Positions 60,389 through 64,000 of a stretch of 64,000 nucleotides of DNA are shown piece after piece. The DNA comes from Treponemataceae bacterium. GTDB lineage: Bacteria; Spirochaetota; Spirochaetia; Treponematales; Rectinemataceae. The position numbers were made by a program, and so were the translations under genes. The notes under the pieces are model-generated. The model ran no database searches, was not told where the DNA came from, and saw only the letters and a program-made list of their open reading frames with translations. The stretch covers positions 1,696,001 to 1,760,000 of the forward strand of contig CAXXHO010000003.1 of assembly GCA_963667725.2 (NCBI GenBank), in the 5' to 3' direction. Numbering within the stretch: position 1 is the stretch's first letter; each line of letters starts with the position of its first letter.

Positions 60389-61765
60389 TCAGCGTTCGGA
60401 CAGGGCCGAAAGAATGGGCATGCGAGCCGCGGTCAGCGCGGGCGAAATTCCCGCCAGCATCGCGGTGAGGAAGCCGATCGCGAGGGATATGAGGATGTCG
60501 ACGGGCTGCAGGTCGCAGGTGAGCGAAAAGCGCGGAATGTCGAAGCTCGCGAGCGCGGCGCTGAATTCGAGAGGGGAGAATCCCAGCCACAGGGAGGCGA
60601 TGCCGCCAACACAGCAGCCGGCGAGGCTCCCGACGATGCCGATCACCAGCGCCTCGAAGAGGAAGATTTCGGCAATCTCGTTCCGAAGCCAGCCGGTAGC
60701 GCGCATCATGCCGATCTCGCGCTTGCGCTCGAAGACGGTCACCCTCATGGTGCCGGCCATCGTCGAGAGGGAAAGGAAAAGCAGGATGACGATGAAAATG
60801 GCGTAGAAGAAGCTGTCGGCCTTCGCGTCGTCGACGATGGCCTTGGCGTAGTTTTCCCAGCTTCTGAAAACGAGGCCGAGATCGGCGAAACGCTTCCGTT
60901 CCGACTGGGTTTCGAGCGTGACGAGGGCGCGCGTCCTGTCGACGGAACTTTTTCCTTCCGCCAGCCTGCAGTAGATCTTGTTGATCTTCCCCTCGGCGCC
61001 GAGGAAATCCTGCGCCTCGGCGAGGTCCATCATCACCATCGCGCGGTCCAGCGAGAGATAACCGGTGGAATAGATTCCCGAGATCCTCCAGTAATCCAGG
61101 TTGGGCGCGCCGTCCGTCGTGGTGGCCTGGATGCGGATCTCGTCGCCCACGGTAAGGGATAGCGTCTGGGCGAGTTTCTTCCCGATGACCACGCCGCGGG
61201 GGCCTGCCGCGGCGGGCAAGGCCCCCGCGGCGGCATCGGAGCCGGCTGGGGCATCGGCGACGCCGTCGCTGAATGCGCCGGCCACCATGCGGTCGTCGAT
61301 GGCCAGAAGTTCGACTTCCCGGGAAAACACCACGCCAGCGAGGGTCACCGACGCCACGCGCGCGCCGTCGCCCGCCAGGGCGGGGCTCATCAGGCGCGGG
61401 GCGGCGATCGGCGACCAATCCCTATCGCGTGAAGCTACAGCGCTCAAAAGATCGCCGCTCTGGACTATGCCTTCGTCGATGAGATTCTCGCGCTTGAGCC
61501 AGACGTCGGGATCGTCGTCATCGAAGGACACGCTCATGAATTGGCCCTGCGAGGTGGCGTAGTCGATGACGGAGGAGAACATGGTGCCCTCGTAGGTGCC
61601 GCGATAAAACGACAGGAAAAAAACCAGAGCCGCCACGGTGATGGCGATTCCTACGATGTTCACCGCCGCGCGAAGACCATGCCGTCGCACATTGAGGAAA
61701 GCGAGCGAGAGAAGACTCGTGGCTGGGATTCTTGTGAGGGCGTTGGGTTTGTCCGGTTCCGGCAT
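60389..61765 (-). CDS. FtsX/LolE-like ABC permease
   Basis: LAF.NVRR, FER.REIGMMRATG, EA..IG..G. Confidence 0.88.
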   Translation of the reverse strand: MPEPDKPNALTRIPATSLLSLAFLNVRRHGLRAAVNIVGIAITVAALVFFLSFYRGTYEGTMFSSVIDYATSQGQFMSVSFDDDDPDVWLKRENLIDEGIVQSGDLLSAVASRDRDWSPIAAPRLMSPALAGDGARVASVTLAGVVFSREVELLAIDDRMVAGAFSDGVADAPAGSDAAAGALPAAAGPRGVVIGKKLAQTLSLTVGDEIRIQATTTDGAPNLDYWRISGIYSTGYLSLDRAMVMMDLAEAQDFLGAEGKINKIYCRLAEGKSSVDRTRALVTLETQSERKRFADLGLVFRSWENYAKAIVDDAKADSFFYAIFIVILLFLSLSTMAGTMRVTVFERKREIGMMRATGWLRNEIAEIFLFEALVIGIVGSLAGCCVGGIASLWLGFSPLEFSAALASFDIPRFSLTCDLQPVDILISLAIGFLTAMLAGISPALTAARMPILSALSER

Positions 61766-61850
61766 GCGGGCCTCTTCGCATCCGTCCTTTACGTTTTTTA
61801 GCTATGTCAGGACTCGGCACGTCCCAGAGGGATATGTCGGCTCCCGGGCA

Positions 61851-61992
61851 TAAAAAAACCCGCGGGAAGGATACTGATTAGAGTATGAATCCCACGGGTT
61901 TTCGCCCGTTGCTTATCACCGCTCCAATGGAGGGGTTTCAGCCCGGAGCCTGTCGCGGGCGGCCTCTCGGACGGCCCCGCGATATCTCTTGT
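61851..61992 (-). promoter_or_regulatory. Structured 5' leader with overlapping terminator/antiterminator (riboswitch-like, class unassigned)
   Basis: Terminator stem 61855-61867/61890-61902 plus U7; competing ACGGG-CGAAAA-CCCGU hairpin; GC-rich hairpins upstream. Confidence 0.65.
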
Positions 61993-61998
61993 ACTGAA

Positions 61999-62027
61999 AC
62001 TATAGGCCGTCGGGGGAAGGTTGTCAA
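61999..62027 (-). promoter_or_regulatory. Near-consensus sigma70 promoter of the ABC/LolA-like operon
   Basis: TTGACA(62027-62022)-17bp-TATAGT(62004-61999). Confidence 0.8.
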
Positions 62028-62148
62028 TATTTTTTTCGCTTTGGGGTATAGTGACAACCCCTATCATTTTGTGATACTATCATACTGGTTGTTGGGCGCG
62101 GCAGGGAATCCAAGAAACATTGTCGGACTAATAAACTATAGGAGTGAT

Positions 62149-62841
62149 ATGGAGCTTGAGAAGAGTGTCGATTTCGACTTTTTCATCCGATTTGCGGAGG
62201 GATTGCAGAAGTTCCTCGGCGATAAGTGCGAGATCGTCATCCATGATTTTCGAAAAGGTTTCGAGCACACGATTGTGTACATCATCAATGGGCAGCTTAG
62301 TGGACGTGAGGTGGGCGGCCCTCCCCGCGGAGGCATGATCTCCAATTCCGGGAAGGACATAGAACCTTTCAAGGAGAGCAGGATCTACTTCTATAATGGC
62401 ACCAACGAGTCCAAGGGGCAGATATTCAAATCCTGCACCACCCTTATATGCGACGCCAACAGGAAGATCATTGGGTCGGTCTGCCTCAATCTCGAAATGT
62501 CCGATTTCATACTGGCGCAGAACGCGTTACAGAATTTTGTCCGCTACAACAATCCAGACATCTCCACGCTCAAGGAGGAGGATGTAGCTTTCGAGAATGT
62601 GGACGACGTGATGCGCTATTATATGGAACAATGCGAACAGGTCGTTGGCAAGCCGATGTCACTGATGAGCAAGAAGGAGAAGATAAAGGCGTTGGAGTAT
62701 CTCGACAGCAAGGGCGTCTTTAAGATCACGAAAGCCAGCGTGCTTCTTTGCCAAGCCTTCCATGTATCGAAATTCACGCTCTATAGCTACCTGGAAGAGG
62801 CGAAAGGTCTTCGGGAACCACCTGATCTGGAAAATTTGTAG
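62149..62841 (+). CDS. YheO/DauR-type regulator (PAS_6 + HTH_22)
   Basis: CEIVIHD, SGREVG, KS.T..I, G..CLN, K.....LD.KGVF, VSKFTLYSYL. Confidence 0.9.
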   Translation: MELEKSVDFDFFIRFAEGLQKFLGDKCEIVIHDFRKGFEHTIVYIINGQLSGREVGGPPRGGMISNSGKDIEPFKESRIYFYNGTNESKGQIFKSCTTLICDANRKIIGSVCLNLEMSDFILAQNALQNFVRYNNPDISTLKEEDVAFENVDDVMRYYMEQCEQVVGKPMSLMSKKEKIKALEYLDSKGVFKITKASVLLCQAFHVSKFTLYSYLEEAKGLREPPDLENL

Positions 62842-62859
62842 GTTTGAATACCAGCGTAT

Positions 62860-62895
62860 AACGGGTTCTGACAATCGTCAGGACCCGTTTTTTTT
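62860..62895 (+). terminator. Intrinsic terminator
   Basis: AACGGGTTCTGAC-AATC-GTCAGGACCCGTT followed by a T run. Confidence 0.85.
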
Positions 62896-62970
62896 ACCTT
62901 TCCCCACTATTGATATGATCGGGGACAAAGGTGAGACGCAATTTTTTTGCATATATAATTAAAAAAGTTA

Positions 62971-62999
62971 TTGCCAGATTCGAGAAGTGCATCTATACT
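62971..62999 (+). promoter_or_regulatory. Sigma70 promoter upstream of the AbgT-family gene
   Basis: TTGCCA-17bp-TATACT. Confidence 0.65.
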
Positions 63000-63211
63000 C
63001 TCAATAAAACATACAGTTAGTATGACTAAATTACTGAATGTATGATTAGGAGAAACATCAATGCCCTTAAAGAGCGCCTCGGCATAAACCGTGTCATACC
63101 TGCTCCAGGGGCTCGATAAAAAGGGTTGTAACAAATATCCGTCGCTAACTCGTCGTACGAGAGATCCTATAAGAAATTGTTCTGGGGCTAGACCTCAAAA
63201 AGGAGACAATT

Positions 63212-64000
63212 GTGGCTGAAACAGCGAACTCAATGCAAAAAAAAGAGTCGGGATTTGGTCGTTTCCTGCATGGCGTTGAAGTTGTTGGCAACAAATTGCC
63301 CGACACGGTAATTATCTTTATTGTGCTGGACATTGTGGTCGTATTGATTTCCTGGATGGGAAGTCTCTTCGGATGGTCCACGGTTCATCCGGGGACCGGC
63401 AAAGCAGTAAGCGTCTACAATCTTCTGAGCCCGGAAGGCCTGCAATATATGTTCACCAACATGTACCAGAACTTCTCCTCCTTCGCTCCGTTTTCCATCG
63501 CCATGCCGCTTTTCCTGGCGGTTGGTATTATGAATGTGTCGGGGTTGATGGAATCGCTCTTTGTCGGATTGGGATCAAAAGTGAAGCCCCAGCTGTTGAC
63601 GGTCATCATCATTTTCATTGGCGTAATGTCCAATCTTATGTCTGACGCAGGTTTTGCCATACTCCCCCCCTTGGCAGCAATGCTCTTCATGTCGGTAGGC
63701 CGCAATCCAATATTGGGAATGTGCTGCGCATACACCGCCTGCGGAGCCGGCATGGCCGCCAATCTGCTTATAGGCATTTCCGACGCGCGCATATCGGCCA
63801 CCTCTCAGGCGGCTGCTCAGATCCTCGATCCAGCCATGGTAGTCCTGCCGACCTGCAACTGGTACTTCATCGCGGCGGCAGCCATCGTCCTGACCATCGC
63901 GGCCGCTTGGGCAACCGATAAGTGGTTGGAACCCCGCATGCCCCGCACAGGTGATTGGAACAACGAGGAGTTTGGCGTCAAGAAAGTCGACCTTGCCTCG
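63212..64000 (+). CDS. AbgT family transporter (5' part, truncated by window end)
   Basis: Not in ORF track. Manual translation from GTG after AAGGAG: RFLHGVEVVGNKLPD...NLLSPEGL...NF.SFAP...SN..SDAG...LPPL...GRNP..G. Confidence 0.9.
   Translation, partial: MAETANSMQKKESGFGRFLHGVEVVGNKLPDTVIIFIVLDIVVVLISWMGSLFGWSTVHPGTGKAVSVYNLLSPEGLQYMFTNMYQNFSSFAPFSIAMPLFLAVGIMNVSGLMESLFVGLGSKVKPQLLTVIIIFIGVMSNLMSDAGFAILPPLAAMLFMSVGRNPILGMCCAYTACGAGMAANLLIGISDARISATSQAAAQILDPAMVVLPTCNWYFIAAAAIVLTIAAAWATDKWLEPRMPRTGDWNNEEFGVKKVDLAS

Noticed and set aside
61851..61992. Assignment of the leader to TPP, SAM-I, cobalamin, FMN, T-box, ykkC or PyrR classes
   Set aside because: Their hallmark motifs were not found by eye; only short partial matches such as GUCCGAGAG

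Overview
About 60% GC bacterial chromosome segment. It is probably from a free-living spirochaete (Spirochaetales); this is inferred from the rpsP-khpA-rimM-trmD-rplS-yraN order and the protein styles, not from a marker gene. From left to right: (1) the promoter end of a bacterial microcompartment (BMC) operon: SorC/DeoR regulator, 2 BMC-H, a CcmP-like BMC-T, 2 BMC-P and a partial acylating aldehyde dehydrogenase with an encapsulation peptide. It abuts a divergent polyol/rare-sugar catabolic cluster (EryC-like epimerase, 2-hydroxyacid DH, Zn-DH, AlsB-like ABC transporter, SDR, ribulokinase). (2) A 13 kb TetR-controlled divergent cluster with two non-canonical FabH-like enzymes, an SCP2-type thiolase, two alpha/beta hydrolases, a FabG/PhaB-like reductase, a CoA transferase and a Liv-type ABC importer. 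(3) Mixed housekeeping and accessory genes (tatD-like, pepP, rel, prmC, prfA, serS, murQR, ribosomal cluster), many apparently transcribed leaderless. (4) A small islet flanked by a diverged gre-gene remnant. (5) A LolA-like/FtsX-type ABC operon preceded by a riboswitch-like attenuator that I cannot assign to a known class. (6) A YheO-type regulator and a partial AbgT transporter. No rRNA, tRNA, CRISPR array, transposase or integrase was seen. All calls come from reading motifs by eye; no database searches were run.
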